Assembly: GCF_963921235.1 (NCBI RefSeq)
Contig: NC_086109.1
Coordinates: 4,218,001-4,282,000 of the forward strand
Origin: Mobula hypostoma
Lineage: Eukaryota
DNA length: 64,000 nt
Direction: 5' to 3'
The notes under the pieces are model-generated. The model was not told where the DNA came from and made no database searches. It worked only from the letters and a program-made list of their open reading frames with translations. This document shows positions 37,501 through 51,289 of this stretch, piece after piece (position 1 is the stretch's first letter; each line of letters begins with the position of its first letter). Both the position numbers and the translations under genes were made by a program.

Positions 37501-40500
37501 ATTTTAATTTAACTATTTAACAGACACATATATATATACTTACTGTAATTCAGTTTTTCCTCTATATTATCATGTATTTCATTGTACTGCTGCCGTAAAG
37601 TTAATGAATTTCACAGCACATGCTGGTGATATGGGCTGAGTGCAGGTCAGTGGGAATACGATAGGGTAAGAGTTCAGCACAGACTAGAAGATGGCCTGTT
37701 TCCATGCTGTAATTGTTATATGGTTATATGAAACCTGATTCTGATTCTGATTCTGAACTCAGTGGGCCAAGCGGCCCATGGAGGCAAGGATGGCTGTTGA
37801 TGTTATTGGTTAAAGCCCTGTATCAGGACTGAGACGGAATAGAAAAGCTTGCCAGTGTATACCTGTTCATTTTGGATGGGATAGAGGTTGGTAGACGCAG
37901 ATGGGGAGTGCATGGTGGGGGAGAGGGTGTGGACAAGCCTTCTGTTCCTGTTCTCCGTGCCTGACGCACCAACACCTAGAACATTGTCCTCTTGGGTGGC
38001 TCAGCAGTCGTCATCCCCCATGGTTCTCCTGCGTTCCTGGTCATTCAATAGGCCCAAATTTCCTGCTGCCATCAACTTGCCCACTCACCACCGATCATGG
38101 GACAATTACAGCACAGTAGGGGGCTAATCAGAAGGAACTTGCAGGTGACACAAGGATTGGTGGAGCTGTTGGCATTGTGAAGGGTAGTCTTGGATGCTGT
38201 CATGGTGTTGGTGAAATGGGTTGTGAAATAGCAAATGGAGTTTAACCCGAATTGATCAGTGGTGATGCATTTTAGGTATACTGATGAGGCTGGGACATAC
38301 ACCATGAACGTTAGGGTCTTGGGGAAGAATGAGGGACAGGGGAACCATGGTGTACGTGCAACAATCCTTGAATGTGTCAGTGCAGGGAGATAATGTGGTT
38401 AAAAAGGCACACAGGATACAGGCCTTTACTAGTCATGGCAGAGAGAGGTTATGCTCCAACTTTACGAAACAAAGTTCATACCTCAGCTCGAGCACTGTGT
38501 GTTCTGGTCACCACACTATAGGAATAATGTGGAACTGCTGGAGAGGAGATTCACCAGGATGTTGCCCGGTGTGGAGTGTTTTAGAGTCATAGAGCACTAC
38601 GGCACTAAAACAGGCCCTTCAGCCCATCTAGTCCATGCCAAACTGTTATTCTACCTTGTCCCATCAACCCGCACCTGAATCATAGCCCTCCATTCCCTAC
38701 CCATCCACGTATTTATCCAAATTTCTCTTCACTGTATCCACCACCTCTGCTGTCAGCTCATTCCACAATCACAGCATCCTCTGACTGCAGTTCCTCCTCA
38801 TGTTCCCCTTAAATATCTCACCTTTCACCTCAACCTTTGCCTTCTAGTCTCACCCAACCTCAATGGAAAATGCCTGCTTACATTTATCCTTTCTCTATCC
38901 CTCATAATTTTGTATACCTCTATCAAATTGCCTCTTATTCTCCTATATTCCAGGTTATAAAGTCCTAACCTATTCAATATTTCCCTATTGTCAAGTTCTG
39001 GTGCCCTGGGCCAAATTTTCTCTGTATTCTTTCAATGTCATTGACATCTTTCATCTAGGTAGGTGACCAAAACTGCACACAATATTCCAAATTTGGTCTT
39101 AAGCAACTTCAACGTAACATCCCAACTCCTGCAATCAATACTTTGATCTATGAAGGCCAATGTGCCAAAAGCTCAAAAGCTCTACCTGAGATGCCGCTTT
39201 CAAGGAATTATTGCTCTGTATACCAAGAACCCTCTGTTCTACTGATGCTTCATATTTTATAATTCTGCTGGTTTCACATCTCCCCTCTGCCCTCTTCTCC
39301 TAAGCAAACCACCTCAGCCTCTCCACCCCTCATCCCAGGCTCTGTTCTGCTGTCCAACAGCAACGTCCAACAGCCCCATTCCCTTCCTGTAAAGAAGTCA
39401 CCAGAACTGAGCACAATACTCCAAATCAGAGGATGCTTCAGACTGTGTGGTGGTAAATGAAATTACAGGGGGTAATTCCTGGTTGGAATGGACACTGGGT
39501 GTGATTCTATGTTGTATGAATCCTTGAGTTGAACTCAAGTATATTAAACCTAGAACAGTACAGAACAAGTACAACAAAGGAAAAGTAAATTTGTTATCAA
39601 AATACTTACAGTTTATGTCACCATATACTGCCTTGAGATTCATTTTCTTGCAAACATTTACAGGAAAATAAAGAAATACAATAGAAAAAACTATACGTAA
39701 ACAAAACTGACAAACAACCAATGGGCAAATGAAGACAAATTGGGTAAATAAACAATAAATAAATAATATTGAGAACATGAGTTATCAAGTCCCTGAAATT
39801 AAGTCTGTAGTTTTTGGAATCTGTTCAAAGTTCAAATGTTTTGAAGTATATTTATTACGAAAGTATCTATGCAGTATACAACCCTGAGATTCATCTTCCC
39901 ACAGACAGCCGTGAAACAAAGAAAGCCATGGAATTCATTCAAGGAAAATCATCAACTCATCCTCAACCTTCCACCAGCACCACAACCAATGTGCAGAGTC
40001 AACAAGAAAGTACACATGAAAACACAATACCAAAAGAGTCCATATTCAGTTCAGCTCAGTGTTCATTTCCGCCCCAATTCAAAGTCACCCAAAAGTAGCA
40101 GCAGAGAAAGAAACCAGGAAAGCAGAATGCAGTGTTAAGGTGAATGAAGTTACATACCATGTAGAATCACACACACACTGGCCCGCTACTCCCTACAATC
40201 CAATTTGCCACCACTCAGTCTGAAGCTTCCTCTGCCTTGGAGCATTATGCTCAGTTCTAGTCACCTCTTTACAGGGAAGGAATGAGACTGACCAGAGGAG
40301 ATTTAACAGAACAGAGCCTGGGATGAGAAACTGCAGTTATGCTTCAGGAGTCTGATGGTTGTAGGGTAATAACTGTTCCTGAACCTGGTGGTGTGGGACC
40401 TAAGGCTGTTGTACCTCCTGCTCAATGGTAGTAGCAAGAAGGAGCATGCCCTGGATGGTGGGAGTCCTTGATGATGGATGCTGCTTTCCTGTGGCAGCAT

Positions 40501-40684
40501 TCCTTGTAAAACTTTTAAATAGCATGTCAGATCTACACAAACTCCTAAGAAAGCAGAGGTGTTATCATGCCTTCTTTTTGATGTTTCTTTGACCCACAAT
40601 GCCTGCACCGACCATAATGCCAGTCTAATTAATCTAATAAGACTTCTTCAGTCTTATGCTTTTTATATTCTGTATTTTCACCTG

Positions 40685-40940
40685 TATTTTGTCCGGGAGA
40701 AAGAGGAGTTTGGGGGTCGATTTTCTTGTTGCATTTTTTGTTAGACTTTGTCCAGGGAGGGGGATTTGGGGGTCAATGTTCTTGTTGTGTTTTTGTGTGG
40801 GAGAGGGATTTTAGGGTCAATGTTCTTGTGTTTTTGTTAGATTTTGTCCGGGGGAGAGGGGTTTGGGGGGGGGGTCAATGTTCTTGTTGTGTTTTTGTGT
40901 GGGGGAGGAAGATTTTAGGGTCGATGTTCTTGTTGCATTT
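40685..40940. repeat. Degenerate GT-rich tandem repeat (~45-60 bp units containing GGGGTCAATGTTCTTG)
   Basis: About five recurrences of the core are visible. Confidence 0.75.
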
Positions 40941-41654
40941 CGTGCAGTGGGAGGGAGTTGTGGGGTTGGTGATCGTGCTGCCGTTCCCCTCGTTGTGCAG
41001 CGTAGCGGGGAGTTTGCTGTTGTTGCTCTTTGAGCTGACTTCCATCGTTTTTCTTTATTTTGTGGCTATCTGGAGAAGAAGAATCTCAAAGTTGTATATT
41101 GCATACATACTTTGATAATAAATGAACTTTTGAACCTCATATCCCTCCGTTCCCTTCCTATTCAGGTGTTTGTCTAAATCCCTGTTAAGCGTTATGATTG
41201 AATCTGCTTGCGCTGCGTCCCCATTGCGGCCCATTCAAGGTACCCACCACTCTGTGTAAAATAACTAACACCACACATTCCATTGGAGTTGCCCTCTTCT
41301 CACCTTAAACCGATGCCCTGTTGTGTTTGATCACCTGCATGTTGTTAATCTGGCCCCTGAATTATTCACTGGCAGTATCCTTACCCAGCACAGCCCAAGA
41401 ACTTCTGAAACCATGATGACATTTGCTGTCTGGCTGCCAAGTTTCTGAGTTGGTGTTGGTGACCTAACAATTTCACGGAAAAGCATCGTGTGTGGCTTCA
41501 AAAGATCCTGATGTGGACCAAGTACAGGGTGAAGAACAATCTGTTTTAAAGTTGTCCATATGAAAGCAATTTTTCCAGTTATGCTAATAATAAGTTCAAA
41601 GTGAATTTATTATCGAAGTACATACTATATACAAACGTTTGTATGTTACCAGAG

Positions 41655-42230
41655 TAACACAAACAAAACACTGGGAAACTCAGCAGGACAGACAGCATTC
41701 ATAAGCAGTCGACATTTCGGCCGAGACACTTCTTCAGGACTGAGAAGGAAGAGGGGAGATGCCAGGATGGCAGGGGGAGGAAGGAGGCTAGCTAGAAGGT
41801 GATAGGTGAAGCCAGGTGGGTGGGAAAGGTAAAGAGCAGGAGTAGGAAAGGGTTCCACCCCTAAACATTGACTGATCGTTTCCACGGATGCTGCCCAACC
41901 TGCAGAGTTCCTCCAGCGTGTTGTGAGGAGAAGGGATCTAATGGGAGAGGAGAGTGGACCATCGGAGAAAGGAAAGTAGGAGGGGCATGAGGGGGAGGTG
42001 AGGAGAAGAGACCAGGGTAGGGAATAGAAGAAGAGGTGAGGGATTAGGAAATTATTTTTTACCGGAAGGAGAAATCAATGTTCATGCCATCAGGTTGGAG
42101 GCTACCCAGACGGAATATAAAGTTTTGCTTCTCCAGCCTGAGTGTGGCGTCATCGTGACACAAGAGGAGGCCATGGACTGACATGTTGGGACAGGAATGG
42201 GGACAGGAATTAAAATGGTTGCCCATCGGG
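41655..42230 (-). mobile_element. Penelope-like 3' fragment with near-intact hammerhead motif at 41706-41742
   Basis: NHFNSCPHSCPNMSVHGLL..RLEKQNFIFRLGSLQPDGMNIDF; the - strand reads CAGTC CTGAAGA A GTGTCTCGGCC GAAA T GTC GACTG. Confidence 0.75.
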
Positions 42231-43949
42231 GAATTCCATATACTGCCTTGAAATTTGTTTTCTTGCAGGCATTTACAGAAAATTAAGAAATGAAATAGAA
42301 TTTTTGAAAAACTATACATAAATAGACAAAGACTGAGAAATAACCAGTGTTCTAAAAAATGCAAACTGCCACACCACCAATGGTTGATTGTGCGTCGACT
42401 GCCTTGCACCCAGTGTGTGTGTGACGTTTCTGCTCATCGGGTGTGTGTGTGTGTCCCAATTTGACAGGGCAGTTTAGGAAAGGATTGCTGTGTTAAAATT
42501 ACCTTCCTCTGGAGAGGGTCTGCCTGTGTCCGTAGATGCTCACAGTGATGTAGATCTTGTCTGCAATCTTCAGTCCCATTTAATAAAAGTACATTTGAAG
42601 AATCGTTTGGGATTTATTTCTGTTATTACTGAGTCATTTACTCAGGTGAGGGCGGCCTGTGTTTTGATACTTTTACTGAAGACTTCTAGCCATGGAGCAG
42701 AGCATAGCAGTCTCCCGTAAACCTGGCCTAAGGTGAGAAGCGCTGTGGGAAAAGTTGCAGTAAATGCCTTTCATCAGAGCCTGCCACTATTTCAATTCCA
42801 TCTCCTAGCACGAAAACCAAACATTGCAACATCTGTGTGTCCTGCTTGCCAAGAACTTGGAAGTCTGGGTAGTGAGTGATTAATGATGTGATTGGCAGAG
42901 CGTTCCGCGAACAATAGTTGGCTACTACCTGTTAATTCCCTGGTATTTTTCCGACGTCACTCTGCAGAGAGCAAATCTCCTCCACACTGAGATATGCAGT
43001 TCTCTTCAGTAAGGAATGTTCTATGCTGTAAAAGTGGAGCTGTGGAACATTGAGTCACAGAACACCACAGCACAGAAACAGGCCCTTCGTCTCATCTAGC
43101 CAAACTATTAATCTGCTTAATCTCATCGACATGCTCCCAGACCATAGTCCTCTATATCCCACCCATCAAACCTGCGCTTGTAGCTCATTCCACACTCTTG
43201 AGTGAAGAAAATCCCCCTCATGTTGCACTTAAACATTTCACCTTTCACCTTTGACCCATGATCTCTAGTTGTTGCCCCACCCAGCCTCGGTGGGAAAACA
43301 TCTTTGCATTTACCCCTCATAATTTTGAATACCTCTATAAAATCTCCTTTCAATCTTCTAATCATTCAGTGTCACACTTTAAGTTTAAGTTTACCGATAG
43401 TTTGAAACTTGTAAGTGATTTCTTGGAGCTTGGGAAAATCTGCGATTTGGATTCACTAGGGAGTGATGAGGGTGGTGGGGGTGGAGATGCGTTTCTACCA
43501 AAGGAGGTGTAAGGCGCTCCTTCCCTCCACTAGCCTGCAGGTCACCCTCGGGCAAGTTGTAGCACCTGCTAAGCCCCCCCGATCAGGGTCACGTGAAGCC
43601 ATGGGAACCGGTAGTGAATGGTCGTATGAGCAGCTGGTGCATATCACAAGTTTGGTTTCAACATTTAAGAGAAAATTGGATAGGTAGATGGAAGGGAGGG
43701 GTATGGAGACCTGTGGCCAAAGTTCAAAATGCAAGCACTTTATACAATAGGGTCCTTTAAGGGACTCTTAGATAGGTAGATGGAGTTTAGAGAGATAGAG
43801 GGCTATGCGGTGAATTCTAGGCAGTTTCTAGAGTAGGTTACATGGTTGGCACAGCATTGTGGGCCAAAGGGCCTGTAATGTGCTGTAGCTTTCTAAAAAA
43901 ATTGAGATTTGTTTCCTTGCAGGCAGCCACAAAACAAAGAAACACAATA

Positions 43950-44355
43950 AAAGCAACACACACTAAATGCTGGGGGAGCTCAGCAGGTTGGCCAGCATCT
44001 ATGGAAAAGAGTACAGTCGACACACTCTTCGGCAGGACTGGAGAAAAAAAAGATGAGAAGTAGATTTAAAAGGTGGAGGGAGGGGAGGGAGAAGCACAAG
44101 GTGATAGGTGAAACCTGGAGGGGGGGTGAAGTAAATTGCTGGGAAGTTGATTTAGTGAAAGAGATACAGGGCTGGAGAAGGGGGAACCTAATAGGAGAGG
44201 ACTGAAGACCATGGAAGAAAGGAAAGGGGGGGAAGAGCACCAGAGAGAGGCGATGGGCAGGCAAGGAGATAAGGTGAGAGAGGGAAAGGGGAAGGGGGGG
44301 AACATTACCAGAGGTTTGAGAAACTGATGTTCATGCCTTAGGTTGAGGGCTACCC
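43950..44355 (-). mobile_element. Penelope-like 3' fragment
   Basis: Same terminal block and purine-rich (+ strand) UTR as 9120-9500; the hammerhead centre is deleted. Confidence 0.7.
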
Positions 44356-46723
44356 AAGTGGAACATAACTAAACCCAAGGTTATACAGGCGGTTCAAAAA
44401 CTCACTTCTGAAAGGGAAGTTACAGGCTATTGTTTGCCATGATTGATTTCGAAAAAAAGTGTGATTTATGAAGTAATTAGTAGTTCTGTTTGCTGCCAGC
44501 AAGTTGTCGCTGTGGTTCACCAGCACCATCGTAAACTGGTCCGGGTTCAGGTCAATGGGACTAGTCAGAGTAGTCATTTGGCATGGACTAGATGGGCTGA
44601 AGGGCCTGTTTCTGTGCTATAGTACTCTGTGACTTTATGAGTGACTGATGGAAAATTCAGTTTCTGAGATAGATGAACAGCCAGCTGCAATCTAAATGTA
44701 CTGTTCCAGTTACCGTTGTGTTCCAAAGAAGCATACAGATGACGCACACCAGCTTACTGACCACTGTTTAGTTCCTCAGTTCAAAGTTTTAATGGAACTT
44801 TTCCCAACATATCTGAGACTGTTCAGATGTTCAGGAATTTTTTTTCCAACTAGAGTTGCTGGAATGGGACTGCTTAAGGAATATCTTGGGAATGTCAGTA
44901 ATGTTGTTTGGTTCATTTTCAGTAAGATGCAGTGTTTGTGTTAGACCATAGGACCATAATACATAGAACCAGAATTAGGCCATTTGGCCCATTGAGTCTA
45001 CTCTGCCATTTCATCATGGCCGATCGATTTCCCTCTCAGCCCTAATCTCCTACCTTCTCCCTGCATCCCTTCATCCCCCAACTAATGAAGAATCTATCAA
45101 CCTCTGCCTTAAGTATACCCAATGACTTGGCCTCCAGAGCCGCCTGTGGCTACGAATTCCACCGATTCACCACCAACTCAACTGTGCATCAGTGAAACTC
45201 ATGGTGCAAGCAAACATGCCACATGTAGGAGAATTTTGTGAACAATTCTGTAAACAAACGCATAGAACGCATATGAGCCGATGTGGCCAAAATTCCAGAG
45301 GACAACCCATGAAGTTCACCACTCAGCCAATTCCACGAGATTTCCTCCCCACATCACAATTCAGTTTCCGTAATGACAACCAATCAGCTGATTGAAAAAA
45401 ATATATAAAGGGCAAGCTGCAAGCAACAGTGACAGTGTCCCCTCACATGTTTGCAAGTAAATTACCAAGATCAGAGAACAACTCAATCCATCCAGATTTG
45501 CCAATCTCTGGCTAAAGAAATTCCTCCTCACTTCCGTTCTAAATGGACATCCCTCTATTCTGAGGCTGCGTCTTCTGGTCTTAGACTCATCACTGTTGGA
45601 ATCACCTTCTCCCACATCCACTCTATCGAGATCTTTCAACATCCAATAGGTTTCAGTAAGATCCCCCCCGCCCGCCATTCTTCTGAATTCCAATGAGTAT
45701 AGGCCTGTGCTAACAGTTAAGTGAATTACTTGCCATTTCTTGCTTAATAGTGGCAGCCTTTTTCACTGTTCCGTTAAAGGGTTACAGAAGCAAAATGCTG
45801 CAGATACTGGAAATGAGAAATAAAAGCAAGGATATAATGCTGAGGCTTTATAATGCATTGGTCAGACATCATTTGGAGTACTGTGAGACGTTTTGGGGCC
45901 TTTATCTTAGAAGGATGTTCTGCATTGAATAGGGTCCAGAGGAAGTTCACAATAGTGATCCCAGGGATGAAAGGGTTAACGTATGAGGGGGCTCTGGGCC
46001 TGTACTCACTCGAGTTTAGAATAACGAGGGGTATATTTAAAATAAGGGTTGATAGGTCCTTGGTTATTAAGGGCATCAAAGGTTATGGGGAGAAGGCAGG
46101 GTAATGGAGTTGAGAGGGAAAATAAATCAGCAATGATAAAATGAAGGAGCAATCGATGGGCTGAATGGCCTAATTCTGTTACTATGTCAGATGGAATCAA
46201 GAGGTATGGAGTTAGCACAAGGCTCTAGTATTCTTACTGATTGAGTTTATAAAATTACCAGAGGCAGAGATAGGGTACAGAACATGGTCAGAGTGTTTCT
46301 CGAGTTAGAAATGCTGAATCCAAGAGGGCATGGGGAAAGTTAAAAGGAGACGTGCAGGGCCCATCTACTTACACAGGTGGAGGTGGGGGCCTGGTTCGGG
46401 CTGTCAGGGGAGGTAATGGAAATAGATGAAATAGAGGTATTTAAACAGTCACATGAATCTGCAGGCATATTGACATCATAGCACAGATATGGTGGGCCGA
46501 AGGGCCTGTTGGCCTGCTGTACTGTTGTGTATGAGGCAGTGGTCCCCAACCTGGGGTCTATGGACCCCTTGGTTAATGGTAAGGCTTCCATGCGTAACAA
46601 AGGTCGGGAACCCTGCCCTCGAGGTTTATAAGATTATGAGAGGCATAGGCAGAGTAGGCAGACAATATATTTTTCCCCAGAGTTGAAATGTCTAATTTCA
46701 ACCATTAATTTAGGGTGAGAGGG

Positions 46724-47290
46724 TTACTCTCTTAAGATTGTTACTTTAATGGCCAGAAGATCTATTTTATTGAACTGGAAGGAGACCAATCCTCCTCCTA
46801 CTACATTCCAGTGGTTTTCCCAAACTATATTATGTATAAATTTTTTTTTTAAATAGAAGTGATATTTTTGATCCCTCGGTTAAATTTGAAGAGACTTGGA
46901 AACCATTTATTCAACATTTTCATATGATGTAATTTGACCTTTTCCGAATCCTTCTTATTAACTAAAATATATGAATAGAGGAGCGGAGTTGACGACATTA
47001 CTGAATGTGTTCGATTTACGATATTGGTCTAGCCTTGTTTTGTTCCGTTTGCTTTTTTGGGTTTAGTATTTCGTTCTTTTTTTTGTTCTTTTTGGGGGAG
47101 GGGGTTGTATTTTTTTTCTTTTTTCTCTATGATTAATTACATCATGAGTCTGGAAGTCCATTATACCTGTGTTATCTGAAATCTTTTCTGTATGTGTTTA
47201 TTAACAATAAGATTATTCCAATCTCTTTGTATCAACATTGTTATTTTGTTTGTAACTTTGGAAAATTAATAAAAAGATTTAAAAAGAAAG
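46724..47290 (+). mobile_element. L1-type LINE 3' end (ORF2 C-terminus + 3'UTR)
   Basis: TLMARRSILLNWKETNPP..QWF..KFEETWKPFIQHFHMM* followed by an AATAAA/A-rich tail. Imperfect 17-bp TSD at 46707-46723 and 47291-47307. Confidence 0.8.
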
Positions 47291-47661
47291 AATTCAAGGT
47301 GAGAGGGGGTAGGTGTGAGGGGCAAGTTTTTTACGCAGAGTTGTGGGTGCCTGGAATGTGCTGCCTGGGGTGGTGGTAGGGACAGATACATTAGGGATTT
47401 TTAAGAGATGTTCAGATGGGCACATGGATATGAGGAAAGTGGAAGGATATGGACATTGTGTAGACAGAAGAGTTTGGGCGTTTGATTACTAATTTAGCTG
47501 GGTCAGCACAACATTCTGGGCCGAAGGGCCTGTTCCTGTGTTGTGCTGTTCTGTGTTCTATGTTCTGTTGTTTTGTAGCTCCCTGTGTGCTCTCCACCGT
47601 ATCCACAATGCTGTTATGGGAGTAACCAGATCACTGATTCAAAAGTGTCCCTGTTACCTCG

Positions 47662-48360
47662 TGTAGCCCCCCTGGCCAGCCTCAGGGTCGCTTGGCTCGC
47701 TGTCGTCTAGGGAAACAGCCCTCGGCCCCGCCAAACTGGGTAATTAGTTTGTATGGATGTTGTGTGATGTACCCCACCCCGCCCAAATAACAGACAATAC
47801 CCCAGATATGATTAAATGATTTACAGTTTATAGATATTGCTGGAACTATATAATCAATAGAGAATAAAATATAAAAGGAAAATAAAAGGTGCCACACTTA
47901 GCAAAGTTCAATCTCTTCATGCACAAACAGTTGGAGCTCAGGACCCTCCTTCTTCACCCTGTGACCCCTCGGACCACCTTGACCGGCCGCCTGGGACCAA
48001 TAATGATGGTCAACCAGACGCTCCACACGAGTTCGTCTCCGTCTCCTCTCCTCGCCGAACGCCTTGCTCGGGGTCCGACCCTGTTAGCGGACTCACAGCA
48101 CCTGGTCCATCCTCTGTCTCTCTCTCTTGCTTTCTGCCCCAAAACCCCGCGCATACAATATCTTCAGATACACCAAAAACACAACAACTATCCCAATTGT
48201 TTTGTAACATCTTCTTATCACAATCTAACCCAAAACAAGCTGCTAGCGCAAGAACTTTCTCAGCGTTTAACATGACAAAGAAGCATTCCCAAGTATAACA
48301 TAACAAAGAAGCCATTTTAATTAGCCTACGCAGTAACATAAAAGACAAAACCCCCTTACA
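47662..48360. mobile_element. Solo LTR (Gypsy-like), 699 bp
   Basis: TGTA...TACA termini and a 4-bp TSD CTCG/CTCA (one CpG-type change). CpG-rich internal block with no coding remnants. Confidence 0.65.
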
Positions 48361-48874
48361 CTCATCACAAGGGACTGATGGGCATGTTGTTACAGATGGC
48401 TGACTGGCTGTTTCCTCTGTTACGTCATTCTTTGCTGGGGCACTGTTCCTCTCGCTGCCTGACCTGCACTGGTCCAGGTCTCTGCTATGGCTCAGTGGGC
48501 TACACTCCAGTCTCCTGTCGGTGGTTTGTGGGTTCAAATCCCCCTCCAGGGACAGCAGCAGCAGCATCTCAGCTGAAACTCTGAGAGTGACTGTAGAAAG
48601 TCAGACAGCACAAGAACAGAGCCTCCAGCCCACAGTACCTGTACTGAACACAATGCCCAATGTATCACACTGCCCAGCAATGTTTCCTTCGTGCCTATTG
48701 ACACTTCTCGAAACCAGGATCCTGATGCTGTGGGCCTATCCTCCATGTCCTGAGTTCAATGTTCAAAGCTGTCCGCACAGCTGTTCATGGGAGGTTGCTC
48801 CACACAAACGGGGGGTCAGGTTTTCCGAAGTTGTGGTTACGAAGTACTTGCCAGTATGAAAACAACCATATGAT

Positions 48875-49345
48875 GTGCCCAAAGTGCTGGAGGAACTCAG
48901 CGGATTGGGAATCGTCTACGGAAGGGAATAAATAGTCTTATGTTTCGGTCCAAGACCATTCATCAGGGCTGGAAAGGAAGGGGGAATGAGAAGGTGGGAG
49001 AAAGGGAAGCTGTACTAGGAGAGGGGGAATGCAGGTTATTCTGGCTTCTTCCCCTGTCCTTTCAAATCCTTAGCCTGAAACGTCCATTCTCCTTCTCCTT
49101 CTCTGATCAGATTCCTTCTTCTCCAGCCCTTTGCCTTTCCCACCCACCTGGCTTCATATATCACCTCCCAGCTATCCTGCTTCCCCTCCCCCCCCACCTT
49201 TTTATTCTGACATCTTCCCCCTTCCTTTCCAGTCCTGAAGGGCCTTGGCCTGAAACATCAGCTGTTTATTCATTTCCATGGATGCTGCCTGACCTGCTGA
49301 GTTCCTCCAGCATTGTGAAATTCCAGCATCTGCAGAATCTCTTGT
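48875..49345. mobile_element. Inverted pair of Penelope-like termini
   Basis: A - strand terminus at ~48875-49030 and a + strand terminus at ~49100-49345, each with a degenerate hammerhead block. Confidence 0.65.
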
Positions 49346-50089
49346 GTAGAATTTGCCCACTCCTTCGCAGAACTAACCACCTTCTTCTGGTGCTTTTACC
49401 TCAACCTGCTGAAGGTCACTCCACCAGGTGAGATTCCCACAAATTTCGTTCACTTCCTAACTTAAGCGCAATTCACGATCCGTCAGTCTGTCTGTGACCT
49501 GCTGCTATATTGCACCTTTGCTGGACGACAGTGAGTAGTGTCGACACTAAGACAAGCAGCCACTGAGCCATCACATTTTCCTGTGCGTAGCTAAGGGCAG
49601 AGGTGCAACACTTTCCCAGGGAGGGAAGTCCCTTTAACTCCAACTAACTCCAACCCTGAAACTACAAACCAAGAATCAGCACTCTCTCAGGACAGTGGGA
49701 ATCCCAAACTGACTGACTTGTCAAAGTCAAGATAAATTTATTATCAAACTACATATATATGTCAATATGCTACCTTCAGATTCTTTGTTTTTGCAAGTAT
49801 TTAAAGGAAAATAACGAAATACAATAGATACAGTGGGAGCCAGGAAAGGGCCAGGAACATCACGAAGGATCTCACCCACCCTGCTCATGGACTTTGCCCC
49901 ACTCCCATCAGGGAGGAGGCTACGTCAGAATCCCCAGACTCAAAAACAATTACTTTCCCCAAGCAGTAAGGCTGATCAACACCTCCACCCACTCACCCAC
50001 CCCTCCACACCCCTAAACACCACTACTTTATCAGTGACCTTATGTACAGACACTCCTGTGCTTAGTGTCACTTTATAGACATACACACA

Positions 50090-50975
50090 GAATTCAAAGT
50101 AAATTTATTATCATGGTATCTGTATGTCACCATATAGAACCCTGAGCTTCATTTTCTTGCGGCATACTCAATAAATCCCTAATAGAATAATAGCCATAAC
50201 AATGTAAGACTGTGCCAACTTGGGCATTCAAAAAACAGCAAACTGTGCAGATACAAAAAGAAAGAAATATATAAGCAATAAATATCGAGAACATGAGATG
50301 AAGAGTCCTTGAAAGTGAGTCCATAGATGGTGGAAACAGTTCATTGATGGAGAGAGTGAGGTTATCCCCTCTGGTTCAAGAGCCTGATGGTTGAGGAGTA
50401 ATAACTTTTTTAACCTGGTTGTGTAGGTCCTGAGGCTGCTGTATTTTCTTCCCAAAGATAGCAGCAAGAAGAGAGCATGAACAGAGTAGTGGGGGTCCCT
50501 GTTGATGGATGCTGCTTTCCTCTGACAGCGCTCAGATGTTCTCATTGGTGGGAGGGCTTTATCTGTGATGGACTGGACAATTTCCACTACTATACTCTCA
50601 CTACATCTATAGAAGTTTGTCATGCCAAATCTTTGCAAACTCCTAAGGAAGTAAAGGCGCTTATTTGCTGGGCCCAAGACAGATCGTCTGAAGTGATAAC
50701 ACCATGGAATTTAAGGCTGCCGACTCTCTCCACCCTCTGATCCTCCAATGAGGACTGGCTGAGGGAGCTCTGGTTTCCTGAAGTCTCAAATCAGCTCCTT
50801 GGTCTTGCTGAACAAGACATTGTTGTCATGACACCACTCAGCCAGATTTTTAATATCCCTCCTACATGCTGATTTGTCACCATCTTTGATTCGGCCTACA
50901 ACAATGGTGTCATCAGCAAACTTGAACGTAGCATTGGAGCTCTGCTTAGTCACACAGTCATGTGTAAAGCAGGTA
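50090..50975 (-). mobile_element. Rex1/Babar-type LINE RT/3' fragment
   Basis: KFADDTIVVG at ~50900-50925, KRLYFLRSLQRFGM..NFYRC..ESI and RKAASINRDPH, plus the family 3'UTR. Confidence 0.8.
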
Positions 50976-51289
50976 GAGTAGATTTGTAATTTATATATAA
51001 GCTACCTTACATATTTATATTTATTGTGTTTTTTAAAATGTTATTCTGTTCTTTATCTTATTGTGGTTTTCTTTGGTGCTGCATTGGACCCGGAGTAACA
51101 ATTAGTTCATTCACCTTTACGCTTGTGTACCAGACAAGACGTTAAACAATCTTGAATCTAGAATACAGAGGATCTGAAATGAGAGACAATTCAGGGAGTG
51201 CATTCCGGAGCCTGAGGACATTCGATTGACCACCAATTCTGGCACGTGCAGGGAGAATAAGGCCAGGATCACAGCAGCACAGCCGTTAC

